A DNA stretch of 64,000 nt from Acidimicrobiia bacterium (GTDB lineage: Bacteria; Actinomycetota; Acidimicrobiia; Spongiisociales; ZC4RG35), in the NCBI GenBank assembly GCA_035253825.1, contig DATFBM010000044.1, positions 3,246-67,245 on the forward strand, given 5' to 3'. Both the position numbers and the translations under genes were made by a program. The notes beneath the pieces were generated by a model. It had not been told where the DNA came from and ran no database searches. It worked only from the letters and a program-made list of their open reading frames with translations. Each line of letters begins with the position of its first letter. Positions within the stretch are counted from its first letter, which is position 1. Shown in pieces: positions 8,479 to 17,512 of the stretch.

Positions 8479-9087
8479 CTACTCCTCGGCGGCCGCTTCG
8501 GTAACGGGCGCGATCTCGACAGGTACTGGAGGCTCGGTGGCTGAATCGCTCTCCTGCGAGTTGGCTTCGGGTCGGCGTTGGCGCCTGGAGGGGGCAAGGA
8601 CCATTGTCATCAATCGGCCTTCCTGGGCTGGAGCCTGCTCGACGGTGGCCTGGTCGCCGACTTCGGCTACCAAGCGATCGAGGAGACGGCGTCCAAATTC
8701 GGGTCTCTCTTGTTCCCGTCCCCGGAAACGAACCGTAACCTTCACCTTGTCACCCTCACCCAGGAATTCGAGGGCTCTGCGGCGGGTGATCTCGAAGTCG
8801 TGATTCTCGATCCGGGGAGCCATTCGCAGCTCTTTGACGACGGTGCGTTTCTGATTCTTGCGGGCTTCTCGCTCTCGCACCGATTGCTCGTACTTGTACT
8901 TGCCGTAATCCATCAAGCGGCACACGGGGGGCTTCGCCTCGGGCGCCACCTCCACCAGATCCAGCCCCAGCTGATCCGCCAGCCACAGGGCTTCGGCCAG
9001 CTTTTTCACTCCGATTTGGGAGCCATCGGGTGCTACTAGTCGCACCTCCGGTGCTCTTATGTAGCCATTTACTCGCAATTCAGCGAT
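8479..9087 (-). CDS. infC: translation initiation factor IF-3, probably initiated at a non-canonical AUC codon
   Basis: IF-3 sequence (IRAPEVRLVAPDGSQIGV ...). The ORF track starts at TTG 9078, but the in-frame ATC at 9087..9085 lies 7 nt downstream of GGAGG (9099..9095), whereas the TTG is 16 nt away. IF-3 genes classically use AUU/AUC/AUA starts. Confidence 0.9.
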   Translation of the reverse strand: MAELRVNGYIRAPEVRLVAPDGSQIGVKKLAEALWLADQLGLDLVEVAPEAKPPVCRLMDYGKYKYEQSVREREARKNQKRTVVKELRMAPRIENHDFEITRRRALEFLGEGDKVKVTVRFRGREQERPEFGRRLLDRLVAEVGDQATVEQAPAQEGRLMTMVLAPSRRQRRPEANSQESDSATEPPVPVEIAPVTEAAAEE

Positions 9088-9120
9088 GTTCCAACCTCCA
9101 TGTTTTGGTTCACTCTTATC

Positions 9121-9153
9121 AACAAAAAAGCAGCAGAACCAGCCTGCTGCTTT
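9121..9153 (-). terminator. canonical rho-independent terminator (or attenuator) between ribH and infC
   Basis: The minus strand reads AAAGCAGCAG-GCTGGTT-CTGCTGCTTTTTTGTT: a 7-10 bp GC stem, 7-nt loop and T6 tract. It ends only about 25 nt before the infC Shine-Dalgarno. Confidence 0.8.
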
Positions 9154-9316
9154 CCGAGAGCGCTTGCTTGTGGTTCAACCAAAGTGGATGAACCGCTCGC
9201 TTTGGGGGGCTTATTCCCCTCGACCGCGGACGCACCGATCGGTGGCCGGGTGGGAAGCAGGCTGCCTCCGCTTTGCGTTTTCGTTGTGTCGACATGGTAG
9301 CCGACCACGGCCCGGT

Positions 9317-9775
9317 TCAAGAATTGCCCACCCGAGCAACCAGGTCCACTACTGCCGCGGCGGCTTCAGAGCCTTTGTTGGCCGGGCCCGGTTCCGAACG
9401 GGCCAAAGCCTGGGCGAGGTCATGGGCGGCCAGAACGGCGTTGGCAACGGGCTGGCCGCCGATGAGGCTGGCTTGGATCAGCCCGGCGGCGGACGAGCGC
9501 ACGATGACCTCGTAATGATCGGTTTCGCCCTTGATGATCGCCCCTACGGCGATGACACCGTCGCAACCGTCCTTCAACAAGGTCAGAGCCGCCGCAGGCA
9601 ACTCCCAGGCTCCAGCCACCCGGAGAATGTCGACCTGTGGCACTCCTGCCCGCTCCAGATAAGAGAGTGCGCCCTCGAGCAAGCGCTTGGTGACAGCCTG
9701 ATTGAAATCAGACACGGCGACGCCGATTCGCATCTCTTTTGGGTCGAGGCGGCGTTCCCATTCGGTGATCTTCAC
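9317..9775 (-). CDS. ribH: 6,7-dimethyl-8-ribityllumazine synthase
   Basis: Conserved core [22 protein letters not shown]...GAWELP...[16 protein letters not shown]. The GTG at 9775 overlaps the ribBA stop (GTGA) and gives a normal 152-aa length. ATG 9733 is the alternative start. The track ORF to 10207 is an out-of-gene extension. Confidence 0.9.
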   Translation of the reverse strand: MKITEWERRLDPKEMRIGVAVSDFNQAVTKRLLEGALSYLERAGVPQVDILRVAGAWELPAAALTLLKDGCDGVIAVGAIIKGETDHYEVIVRSSAAGLIQASLIGGQPVANAVLAAHDLAQALARSEPGPANKGSEAAAAVVDLVARVGNS

Positions 9776-10974
9776 GGCTCGCCCAGATGGCCGAGCTTGT
9801 CGACCTTGGTTTTCAGGTAACGCTCGTTCTCCGGATTCGGCGAGATCAGGAGGGGAATCCTTTCGATGATCGAGAGCCCATAGCCCTCGATCCCGGCTCG
9901 TTTGGTGGGGTTGTTCGTCAAAAGACGCATCGACCGGACACCGAGGTCGTAAAGAATCTGGGCCCCTTGGCCATAGTCGCGGGCATCGATCGGGAGCCCG
10001 AGATCCTGATTGGCTTCGACCGTGTCTCTGCCCAGATCCTGGAGGTTGTAAGCCTCGAGCTTGTGGAGAAGCCCGATTCCCCTTCCCTCGTGCCCCCGGA
10101 TGTACAGGAGGACTCCCCGCCCTTCCTCGGCAATCTTGGAGAGGGCGAGATCGCGCTGGGCTCCGCAATCGCATCGAAGGCTGGAGAAGATGTCGCCAGT
10201 CAGACATTCGGAGTGGACCCTGACCAGAACCTCCTCGCCATCGCCGATGTCGCCCATGACCAGGGCCAGGTGCTGGCGATCGTCAACCAGCGAGCGATAG
10301 CCGACCGCTCGGAAAACGCCTTGGGGTGTCGGTAGACGCGCCTCGACAACTCGTTCGACCAGCTTCTCGTGCTGGCGTCGATAGGCAATGAGGTCGGCGA
10401 TTGTTCCCAGCAGTAGGGAATGCTCCTTGGCGAAACGCTCCAGATCGGGAAGGCGGGCCACGGTGCCGTCGTCGTTCATGACCTCGGCCAGAATTCCGGC
10501 CGGATAGACGCCGGCGAGCTTGGCGAGGTCGATAGCAGCTTCGGTATGGCCCGCTCGCTTCAGCACTCCCCCCTCGACGTACCGCAGGGGGTAGACGTGC
10601 CCAGGACGGGCGAGGTCGAGGGGGCTTGAGGCAGGATCGAGCAAAACGGCGATGGTCCGGGCGCGGTCAGAAGCGGAGATCCCCGTTGTCGTGCCTTGTC
10701 TGGCGTCGACCGAGATCGTGAAGGCTGTACGCCGGACGTCAGTGGAATCCCGCACCATCATCGGCAACTCGAGTTCATCCAGGCGCTCCCCCAGCATCGG
10801 CACGGTCAGGATCCCGGAGGAATGGCGGATCATGAATCCAAGGTGAGCCGGGGTAGCGGCCGAAGCAGCGAGCACGAGGTCGCCCTCGTTCTCCCGGTCA
10901 GCATCATCGACGACGATCACCATCTCCCCACGACCAAAAGCCGCGACCAGGTCGGGGACCGGAGCAAAGGTCAT
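9772..10974 (-). CDS. ribBA: bifunctional 3,4-dihydroxy-2-butanone-4-phosphate synthase / GTP cyclohydrolase II
   Basis: 400 aa with a DHBP synthase half ([26 protein letters not shown]) and a GCH II half ([11 protein letters not shown]...CDCG, RDYG). Confidence 0.95.
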   Translation of the reverse strand: MTFAPVPDLVAAFGRGEMVIVVDDADRENEGDLVLAASAATPAHLGFMIRHSSGILTVPMLGERLDELELPMMVRDSTDVRRTAFTISVDARQGTTTGISASDRARTIAVLLDPASSPLDLARPGHVYPLRYVEGGVLKRAGHTEAAIDLAKLAGVYPAGILAEVMNDDGTVARLPDLERFAKEHSLLLGTIADLIAYRRQHEKLVERVVEARLPTPQGVFRAVGYRSLVDDRQHLALVMGDIGDGEEVLVRVHSECLTGDIFSSLRCDCGAQRDLALSKIAEEGRGVLLYIRGHEGRGIGLLHKLEAYNLQDLGRDTVEANQDLGLPIDARDYGQGAQILYDLGVRSMRLLTNNPTKRAGIEGYGLSIIERIPLLISPNPENERYLKTKVDKLGHLGEP

Positions 10975-11570
10975 ACGGCCTCCTCGCGGGCCTGCAAAAG
11001 CCTTTCGAGGTATTTGGCGAGCACGTCGAACTCCAGGTTCACCTGTTGCCCGGCTTGCCGCGACCCGAGAGTGGTGACCTCCAACGTGAAAGGAATCAAA
11101 GCTGCTTCGAATCCCGTGCCGGTCACCGAGGCGATGGTAAGGGCGACGCCGTCGACGGCGATCGATCCTTTCTCAACCAGGTAACGACGAAAGCGCGGGG
11201 AAACATCGACCGCCATTCTTCGTCCCATCCCCTCGGGGGTGGTCTTCGACACGGCTCCGAAGGTGTCGACATGACCTTGGACCACATGCCCGTCGAGGCG
11301 GCCGTCGGCGCGGAGAGGACGTTCGAGGTTGACTCGATCTCCGGCCAGCAGGTGACCGAGGTTGGTACGCCGGAGGGTCTCGGCGACGACGTCCAAGCCG
11401 AAGGAGGAGTCGACTTGCTCGGTCACTGTGAGGCACACGCCGTTGACGGCGATCGAGTCGCCTGCCTTGAGCTCGGGAGCCAGCTCTGACTCCACGATTA
11501 GGCGGCGGCCATCATCGGTGCCGCCGATGTCACGGACGGTTCCGAGCGACTCAATGATGCCGGTAAACAC
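10971..11570 (-). CDS. ribE: riboflavin synthase (alpha chain)
   Basis: 199 aa starting [12 protein letters not shown], with the duplicated lumazine-binding repeats ([13 protein letters not shown] / [12 protein letters not shown]). ATGA overlap with ribBA. Confidence 0.95.
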   Translation of the reverse strand: MFTGIIESLGTVRDIGGTDDGRRLIVESELAPELKAGDSIAVNGVCLTVTEQVDSSFGLDVVAETLRRTNLGHLLAGDRVNLERPLRADGRLDGHVVQGHVDTFGAVSKTTPEGMGRRMAVDVSPRFRRYLVEKGSIAVDGVALTIASVTGTGFEAALIPFTLEVTTLGSRQAGQQVNLEFDVLAKYLERLLQAREEAV

Positions 11571-11573
11571 TGC

Positions 11574-12572
11574 TTACCCTGGCGTGAAGTCGACCCTGAG
11601 GTCATCTCCAAGCCGGGTGACCGAGTCGACCGTCACCGGGCGGGCGTCCTCCAGGGTTGACCAGACCCCATCGAATAGCGAGCGTCCGACTCCACCGGCG
11701 ACCATTGCTCCGAAGTAAAACACACCCCGGTTCACCAGATTTCCGGTCCAAAGCGAGCGGGCCAGGGTGGGCCCTCCCTCGACCAGCAAGGCCAGGAGAC
11801 CTTCGTTGGCCACCAGACGCAGAACCTCGGTGAGATCGCTCTTCTCCTGTCCGATGATCAACGGATCACGGGCCCAGATACGGGCGTCGGCTGGCAAGGG
11901 ACGTCGACCGACGACGATCACCGGACGCGGCTGGAAGCCATCGTGGTTCGGCAGGCGGACGTCGAGCAAGGGGTCATCGACGATCACGGTGCCGGCCCCA
12001 ACCATCACCCCGTCATTCTCGGCCCGAATTCGATGAGCGTCGGCTCTCGCTTCGGGACCGGTTATCCATTGCGACGTCCCGTCGGCGGCGGCAACTTGTC
12101 CGTCCAGGGTTGCGGCCAGTTTGAGGGTGACCAGAGGCAGGCCCGTGCGCCGGTGGTGAAAGTAGGCGGGGTCGATCTGCTCTCCGGGCCCCACATCCGT
12201 CAGCACTTCCAAGCCCGCCGCCCGCAGCCGGTCGATTCCTTTCCCTTGCACGCGAGGGTCCGGGTCCAACGCACCGACCACCACCCGGGCGACGTCGGCC
12301 GCCAGTAATGCGTCGACGCAGGGCGGAGTCCTCCCCTGGTGGGTACAAGGCTCCAGGGTCACCACCACTGTCCCGCCCCGGGCCCGCTCGCCGGCAGCAG
12401 AGAGAGCGAGCACTTCGGCATGTGCCGATCCCGGGCCGGTGTGCGAACCGTGGCCGACGACTTCGCCCGAGGCGTCGAGGACAACGGCCCCCACACGGGG
12501 GTTTGGATGGGGGTGCGTCGTCCGGGCGAGCTCTGCCGCCCGCTCCATCGCCATCTCCCAGCGCGACGTCAC
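11574..12572 (-). CDS. ribD: bifunctional diaminohydroxyphosphoribosylaminopyrimidine deaminase / 5-amino-6-(5-phosphoribosylamino)uracil reductase
   Basis: 332 aa with the deaminase zinc motif HAEV...LEPCTHQGRTPPC and a C-terminal reductase domain. The GTG start is 1 nt after the upstream stop; internal ATGs 6 or 8 codons downstream are possible alternatives. Confidence 0.92.
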   Translation of the reverse strand: MTSRWEMAMERAAELARTTHPHPNPRVGAVVLDASGEVVGHGSHTGPGSAHAEVLALSAAGERARGGTVVVTLEPCTHQGRTPPCVDALLAADVARVVVGALDPDPRVQGKGIDRLRAAGLEVLTDVGPGEQIDPAYFHHRRTGLPLVTLKLAATLDGQVAAADGTSQWITGPEARADAHRIRAENDGVMVGAGTVIVDDPLLDVRLPNHDGFQPRPVIVVGRRPLPADARIWARDPLIIGQEKSDLTEVLRLVANEGLLALLVEGGPTLARSLWTGNLVNRGVFYFGAMVAGGVGRSLFDGVWSTLEDARPVTVDSVTRLGDDLRVDFTPG

Positions 12573-12573
12573 C

Positions 12574-13503
12574 TCAGCCGGTACGACGGTCGATCTCGAA
12601 TGACGATCCGGTCCGCTTCTTGGCGAATTCCTTCATCTCCACGGCGACCGCCGACGCCTCCCATTGCGAGGTGATCGGTCGCAACACGTTGGAAGCCACT
12701 CCCATCGATATCGAAACCATCGGGAAGGCGTAGCGCTCGCCGCGACGGTCGATCACTTCGATGTAGCCGCGCAAGGCGTCGGCCGTGTCGTAGTTGTCGA
12801 GGATGCCGTCGTCGAACGTCTCGATGACCCGCTTGCAATACTCCTCCGCCTTTTCCGCCGATACCAGGGCAACAAAGTCGTCGCCTCCGATATGGCCGAC
12901 GAAGGCGTCAGGTTCGCCGATGGCCTCCGTTGCCTCGACCATGCATCGCGCACAGAAGCGAATTACTTCGTCCCCTCGCATGAATCCGTAGTGATCGTTG
13001 AATGCCTTGAAATTGTCGAGGTCGCAGTGGATGAGGGCAAAGCTGGCGCCACTCTCGATTCTCTGCTCGATCTCTGCACCGATCCGGAAGTTGCCGGGAA
13101 GCCCCGTCAGCGGAGAAAGATCTCTGGCGGCCTGGGTTCGTCGTAACACAGCCTTCACCCGAGCTACCAGCTCGGAGATGTCGAAGGGCTTGGTGATGTA
13201 GTCGTCCGCCCCCAGCTCGAGGCCCTTGACTCGATCCTCCGGCAGACCCCGGGCCGTTAGGAGAATGACAGAGGTGTTGCCGGTGGTCCCGTGGGATCGG
13301 ATCCGGCGGAGGGCAGTCAACCCGTCCATTCTCGGCATCATGATGTCGAGCAGGATCAATTCCGGTGCTTCGATCATCGCTTTGTCGACCGCCTCGCGCC
13401 CGTCTTCGGCCGTATCGACTTCGTACCCCTCGAGTTCGAGGTTGATCTTCACGACGGAAAGGATGTCAGGGTCGTCGTCAACGACGAGTATGCGTTCGCT
13501 CAT
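12574..13503 (-). CDS. response-regulator receiver + GGDEF-fold nucleotide cyclase domain with variant GGDDF signature
   Basis: Receiver motifs present: VVDDDPD, LLDIMMP, LLTA, ITKPF. GGDEF-fold motifs present: LTGLPGN, DLDNFKAFNDHYGFMRGD, HIGGDDFV, ISMGVAS. The ATG overlaps the rpe stop (ATGA). Confidence 0.85.
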   Translation of the reverse strand: MSERILVVDDDPDILSVVKINLELEGYEVDTAEDGREAVDKAMIEAPELILLDIMMPRMDGLTALRRIRSHGTTGNTSVILLTARGLPEDRVKGLELGADDYITKPFDISELVARVKAVLRRTQAARDLSPLTGLPGNFRIGAEIEQRIESGASFALIHCDLDNFKAFNDHYGFMRGDEVIRFCARCMVEATEAIGEPDAFVGHIGGDDFVALVSAEKAEEYCKRVIETFDDGILDNYDTADALRGYIEVIDRRGERYAFPMVSISMGVASNVLRPITSQWEASAVAVEMKEFAKKRTGSSFEIDRRTG

Positions 13504-14165
13504 TCCCTCGCCTCAAGCGCGGCTCTCAAATTTCTGATAGCGGCCGCCGGGTCGGGATCGCCAAAGACCGCGGTGCCGGCCACGAAGATATTGGCGCCGG
13601 CATCCCGCGCAGAAGCAATCGTGCTGGGCGTGATGCCGCCATCTATTTCGATATCGGCCGGAAGCCCATGGGACTCAATCCAATTCCGAGCCTCTTCGAC
13701 CTTGCCCAGTACTTCGGCAAGGAAGGACTGGCCGCCAAATCCAGGGTTGACCGACATGATCAACACCATCGAGACCAGCTCGAGAAAGGGAAGGACCGCT
13801 GCGATCGGGGTCGGGGGCGATAACACCAGCCCGAATTCGAGACCCGCCTCTTGGGCCCGGGCGGCAGCCCGGGTGGGATCAGGGATCGCTTCAATATGCA
13901 TTGTCACCAGGTCGGCCCCGGCCTGGGCCAGCTCGGTCAAGTAGGCGTCGGGGTTTGTCGTCATCAGGTGGCAGTCGAACTTCATGGCGCTCAACGGCCG
14001 CAACGACGCGATGACTGGTACGCCGAAGCTGAGGTTGGGGACGAAATGGCCATCCATCACATCGAGGTGGAGGAGATCGGTTTCTTTCTCGACTTCCGCT
14101 ACTTGTTCGCCGAGGCGGGAGAAATCGGCCGCCAGCAAGCTAGGGGCGATCCGAAAGGAGGCCAT
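13500..14165 (-). CDS. rpe: ribulose-phosphate 3-epimerase
   Basis: 221 aa: IAPSLLAADFSRLGEQV...HLDVMDGHFVPNLSFG...MSVNPGFGGQSF...IEIDGGI. Confidence 0.95.
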   Translation of the reverse strand: MASFRIAPSLLAADFSRLGEQVAEVEKETDLLHLDVMDGHFVPNLSFGVPVIASLRPLSAMKFDCHLMTTNPDAYLTELAQAGADLVTMHIEAIPDPTRAAARAQEAGLEFGLVLSPPTPIAAVLPFLELVSMVLIMSVNPGFGGQSFLAEVLGKVEEARNWIESHGLPADIEIDGGITPSTIASARDAGANIFVAGTAVFGDPDPAAAIRNLRAALEARE

Positions 14166-14228
14166 TCGGGCTTCGATTGTATCCGGGTAGTTTCGAGCGC
14201 CCCGGTTTGCGAGTGCCTCCGGCCAAGC

Positions 14229-15140
14229 TCACTTGCCGACGTGGGGTTTACCTCGCCAACCCCGCGACCAGGCACCACCGGTCATCTCCCTCTTGCCAGC
14301 AGGGCGAACCATTCGCAACTCCATCGCTCGACCGCCCGACCCCACCAGCAGGTGTTCGCCGTCCGAAGCGAACTCGCCCGTGGCAAGGGTGTCTGCAGTT
14401 GCTCGGGCGGAGGTAATGCCAACTGGTTCCCCATCCACGAGGAAGTAGGCGCCGGGTTTGGGAGTGAGGGCACGAATTTTCCGGACATTTTGCTCCGCGG
14501 TCTGATTGAGATCGACTTGTCGATCGTTGGGACCGAGGCGGGGGGCGTAAGTGGCCTTGGCCCCGTCTTGGGCCACGGCCTCGATCTCGCCGGCCAGTAG
14601 GGCAGGAATGGTGTCCACCAGCAGCGAGCCAGCGAGGTGGGAGAGCCGGGTCGTCAATTCTCCCGCGGTTTCCTCGTCACCGATCACCACTGAACGGGCG
14701 GCAAGAACGGGACCGGTATCGAGCCCTTCCTCAAGCTGCATGAGCGAGACCCCGGTCTCTTCATCGCCGGCCGCAATGGCGGCCGCAACTGGGGCCGCTC
14801 CTCGCCATCGAGGCAGCAAAGAAAAGTGCAGATTGACGAAACCATGTCGGGGTCTCGCTAGGGCTCTGCCGGGAATGATCACTCCGAAGGCCACGACTAC
14901 CGCCAGGTCGACGTCAAGCAACGGGCCGTCGATGTCGTCGGCCCCTCCCGCCTCGACAACTGTCAGACCGCGGGCGAGGGCGGCAACCTTGACCGGAGAG
15001 GGCTGGGGATTACCGCTGCGGCCCCGGGGTCGGTCCGGCCGGGTGACGACCGCGCTCACCTCGGCGGCGTCCACCAAATAGTCGAGGCTGGGCACGGCGG
15101 CAGCGGGTGTTCCCAAGAAGACGGCTCGGACCTTGCTCAC
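14229..15140 (-). CDS. fmt: methionyl-tRNA formyltransferase
   Basis: 303 aa: VFLGTP..., FGVIIPGRAL, NLHFSLLPRWRGAAPV. GTGA overlap with def. Confidence 0.93.
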   Translation of the reverse strand: MSKVRAVFLGTPAAAVPSLDYLVDAAEVSAVVTRPDRPRGRSGNPQPSPVKVAALARGLTVVEAGGADDIDGPLLDVDLAVVVAFGVIIPGRALARPRHGFVNLHFSLLPRWRGAAPVAAAIAAGDEETGVSLMQLEEGLDTGPVLAARSVVIGDEETAGELTTRLSHLAGSLLVDTIPALLAGEIEAVAQDGAKATYAPRLGPNDRQVDLNQTAEQNVRKIRALTPKPGAYFLVDGEPVGITSARATADTLATGEFASDGEHLLVGSGGRAMELRMVRPAGKREMTGGAWSRGWRGKPHVGK

Positions 15141-15640
15141 GCCTCCAATCCGAGGGCTTCCTCGCGCAGGGTCTTCAAGGCCTGCTTGCGAACTTTTTTC
15201 TCAAGGCGTTCGATCAGGAGGATGCCCTTTAGGTGGTCGATCTCGTGCTGCAGCACCCGCCCGAGGAGACCTTCCCCAAAGTACTCAACCGTCTCCCCGT
15301 CCAGGTTGAGCCCTCGGGCTCGCACATATCCGGGACGGGTAATCGGCCAGTAGTGGCCGGGCACGGACAGGCAACCCTCTTCGTACTCGTAGTCCCCGTC
15401 GCTCTCGACGAGCTCGGGATTGATCAAGACCCTGGCTCCCTTCTCATCTTGCGCGTCAAAGACGATCACAGCTCTCGAAACCCCAATCTGGGGAGCGGCC
15501 AAGCCCACCCCGGGGGCGGCATACATGGTCTCGATCATGTCTGTCACCAGTTTCCGGACTCCCGTGTCGATCTCTTTGACCGGAGCGGCGGGCATGCGAA
15601 GAACGGGATCGCCAAAACGACGAATAGGAAAAAGGGCCAT
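15137..15640 (-). CDS. def: peptide deformylase
   Basis: 167 aa carrying the three PDF motifs (GVGLAAPQIG, EGCLSVPG, HEIDHL). Confidence 0.95.
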   Translation of the reverse strand: MALFPIRRFGDPVLRMPAAPVKEIDTGVRKLVTDMIETMYAAPGVGLAAPQIGVSRAVIVFDAQDEKGARVLINPELVESDGDYEYEEGCLSVPGHYWPITRPGYVRARGLNLDGETVEYFGEGLLGRVLQHEIDHLKGILLIERLEKKVRKQALKTLREEALGLEA

Positions 15641-15677
15641 ATCGAAGCGGCGTAATTATGACGTTGCTCGACCGCGG

Positions 15678-17450
15678 TCAGAGATCTATGGGGTCGGAAT
15701 CGATACGCACCACCGTGCCCGCCTCCCGCCATTGCTGAATTAGAGGCCGCAGCGACAGGCGCACGGATCCAAGATCCCGTCCCTGAAGCAGCCACCGCTG
15801 AGCTGGTTCTCCGGCGGCCGTGACTCGGGCCATCGGACCAAGGAGACTGACGCCGGAGGCAATCCTGCGGAGCTCTTCATCCGACGGCGCCGGCCCCCGG
15901 GTCTCGATGATCAGCAGTTGGCCGGATGGGGGCAAGCCGAGCTGGCGACGGTTCTCCACCTCAGCTGCGAGGAACGGCATGGGGTTTCCCGATCGGAGAG
16001 CGGTGATTACAGGGTGATCAGGCAATGAAGTCTGAAGGATGCTTCGACCCGACGGACCCTCGACCTTGCTGACGAGCCGGGCGAGGATCCGCAAGGCCTC
16101 CTCCGAGGCCCGGTAGTGCGTTCCGAGAATGAGGCCGTCGGCGTCAACCGCGACCGTCAGAGATTGGCTCGGAAGGTCGGCAAGGTCGGCCTCGCTCCCC
16201 ACCACCACGCGAGCGAAAATTTCGCCATCGAGCCTTCTCCGCAATTCCTCGGCAATGCGGCCAACTCCAGCCCCCATCGGCACGAACTTCTCGCTCCCAC
16301 AAACCTGACATGGCCCCAAGGTTGCACCGCAACGGACACATTTGGTCCCGGGCTCGGGGCGCGAGCCACAAGTTGAGCAGCGACGAAGCGTGCGGCAGCG
16401 CCGGCAGCGAAAGGCCGCTGCGTACCCGCGCCGATGAGCGAAGACAAACACCCCACCGCCTCGTTGGGCGACGGCCTTGATTGCTCCCAGCGCCCTCAGA
16501 GTCACAAAACCTGATTGGTGCTCCTCGCGACGGCGATCGACGATCTCGACCGACGGCCAGATCCGCCGCCTGCCGGAAAACACGGAGGGTCCCGCAGCCA
16601 CGGTCTCGGTGGTTGGCGTCGGTCCGATGAAGACCAGGCCGAGGCCAGCGACATTGGCTCGGGTGCGGGCCAGGTCTCGCACGGAGATAGTCGGGGTTTG
16701 ACGATCCTTCATCGCCCTCCTGCCCTCTTCGACAACGGCAATCGCCCCCAAGCCGACCACCTGCCAAGTAGAGATGCGCGGAGTGCCGATTAGCAGCCGG
16801 CCCGGTACCTGGCAGGCCGCCCACGCCGAGGTGACTTCGGCCGCGGTGTGTTCGGCAGAAACGACCACCACGGCTTCGCCGAAGACCCTCGCCGCGACAT
16901 CGCCCAAGGCGGCGGCCTCGGCCCCGGTGGCGACGACGGTCATCAGGCTGAGGCGGGATCGAAGGATCGGGCTCGCCAGGGCCTCGAGCCAGGCAGTGTC
17001 CGACGAAGAGGTCAGGAAAACGGCAGGCGGACGGCGTCTCCCGGCGGCGATGGCGCCTGCCAACTCCCCCAGCGGATGATCGTTGGTCACCCCCTTCTGC
17101 TCGTCTCCCGGCTCGGCTGGCAGGCGGTTGGCCAGGTTCGGAGGGGTCGCTCTTTCAAGAAGCACCGACAAGGGAGCGACATAGCGGTTGGCTGCCCATT
17201 GCAGCACCCTCAGCAGGTCGTCATCGAAGAGGGGAGGTTTCATAACGAGCGGTCCGATGGGCCTCAACTTGTCCAGCGGACGAGGAGATTTGTTTGCTAC
17301 TTCGACGACGTAGCCCCGAGTTCGCCTACCGCCCAGCGGCACCCGGACCAACGAACCGACCGCGGTCTCTAAAGCTCGCTCGGGAGGCAAGGAGTACCAG
17401 AAGCCCTGATCGACCGCGAAGCTGGGGACGGCTGGAACGACCCGCGCCAC
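15678..17450 (-). CDS. priA: primosomal protein N' (PriA)-like, helicase motifs degenerate
   Basis: N-terminal 3'-DNA-binding-type region (ARVVPAVPSFAVDQGFWYSLP), a Cys-rich zinc region (CRRCRTLRRCSTCG...CVRCG...CQVCG) and a C-terminal domain. The GTG at 17450 gives an N-terminus like E. coli MPVAHVALPVPL. The track ORF extends to 17567 and overlaps metK by 55 nt. Confidence 0.8.
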   Translation of the reverse strand: MARVVPAVPSFAVDQGFWYSLPPERALETAVGSLVRVPLGGRRTRGYVVEVANKSPRPLDKLRPIGPLVMKPPLFDDDLLRVLQWAANRYVAPLSVLLERATPPNLANRLPAEPGDEQKGVTNDHPLGELAGAIAAGRRRPPAVFLTSSSDTAWLEALASPILRSRLSLMTVVATGAEAAALGDVAARVFGEAVVVVSAEHTAAEVTSAWAACQVPGRLLIGTPRISTWQVVGLGAIAVVEEGRRAMKDRQTPTISVRDLARTRANVAGLGLVFIGPTPTTETVAAGPSVFSGRRRIWPSVEIVDRRREEHQSGFVTLRALGAIKAVAQRGGGVFVFAHRRGYAAAFRCRRCRTLRRCSTCGSRPEPGTKCVRCGATLGPCQVCGSEKFVPMGAGVGRIAEELRRRLDGEIFARVVVGSEADLADLPSQSLTVAVDADGLILGTHYRASEEALRILARLVSKVEGPSGRSILQTSLPDHPVITALRSGNPMPFLAAEVENRRQLGLPPSGQLLIIETRGPAPSDEELRRIASGVSLLGPMARVTAAGEPAQRWLLQGRDLGSVRLSLRPLIQQWREAGTVVRIDSDPIDL

Positions 17451-17512
17451 CCGCCATTCTGTGGGGGAGGAGACAGGCAGAGGCGCCCTTCGAACCCCCT
17501 GTTCGCGATTGG

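Noticed and set aside
9069-9320. 83-aa ORF on the minus strand spanning the ribH-infC spacer.
   Set aside because: It runs straight through the intrinsic terminator hairpin and the infC SD, and has no SD or recognisable motifs. The region is better explained as a non-coding leader.
12573-12573. Looked for riboswitches: an FMN riboswitch upstream of ribD, a SAM riboswitch upstream of metK, and T-box leaders upstream of pheS, alaS, aspS and hisS.
   Set aside because: The upstream gaps are 1 to about 90 nt, or are overlaps. They are too short for these elements, and no conserved cores (for example the T-box AGGGUGGNACCGCG) were seen.
13000-13100. GGDDF signature resembling the Cas10 palm-domain GGDD motif, i.e. 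a possible cyclic-oligoadenylate signalling or defence link.
   Set aside because: The domain has standard GGDEF length and the GGDEF-family flanking motifs. There are no CRISPR/cas, CARF, SAVED or effector genes in the window. The resemblance is a 4-residue coincidence until shown otherwise.
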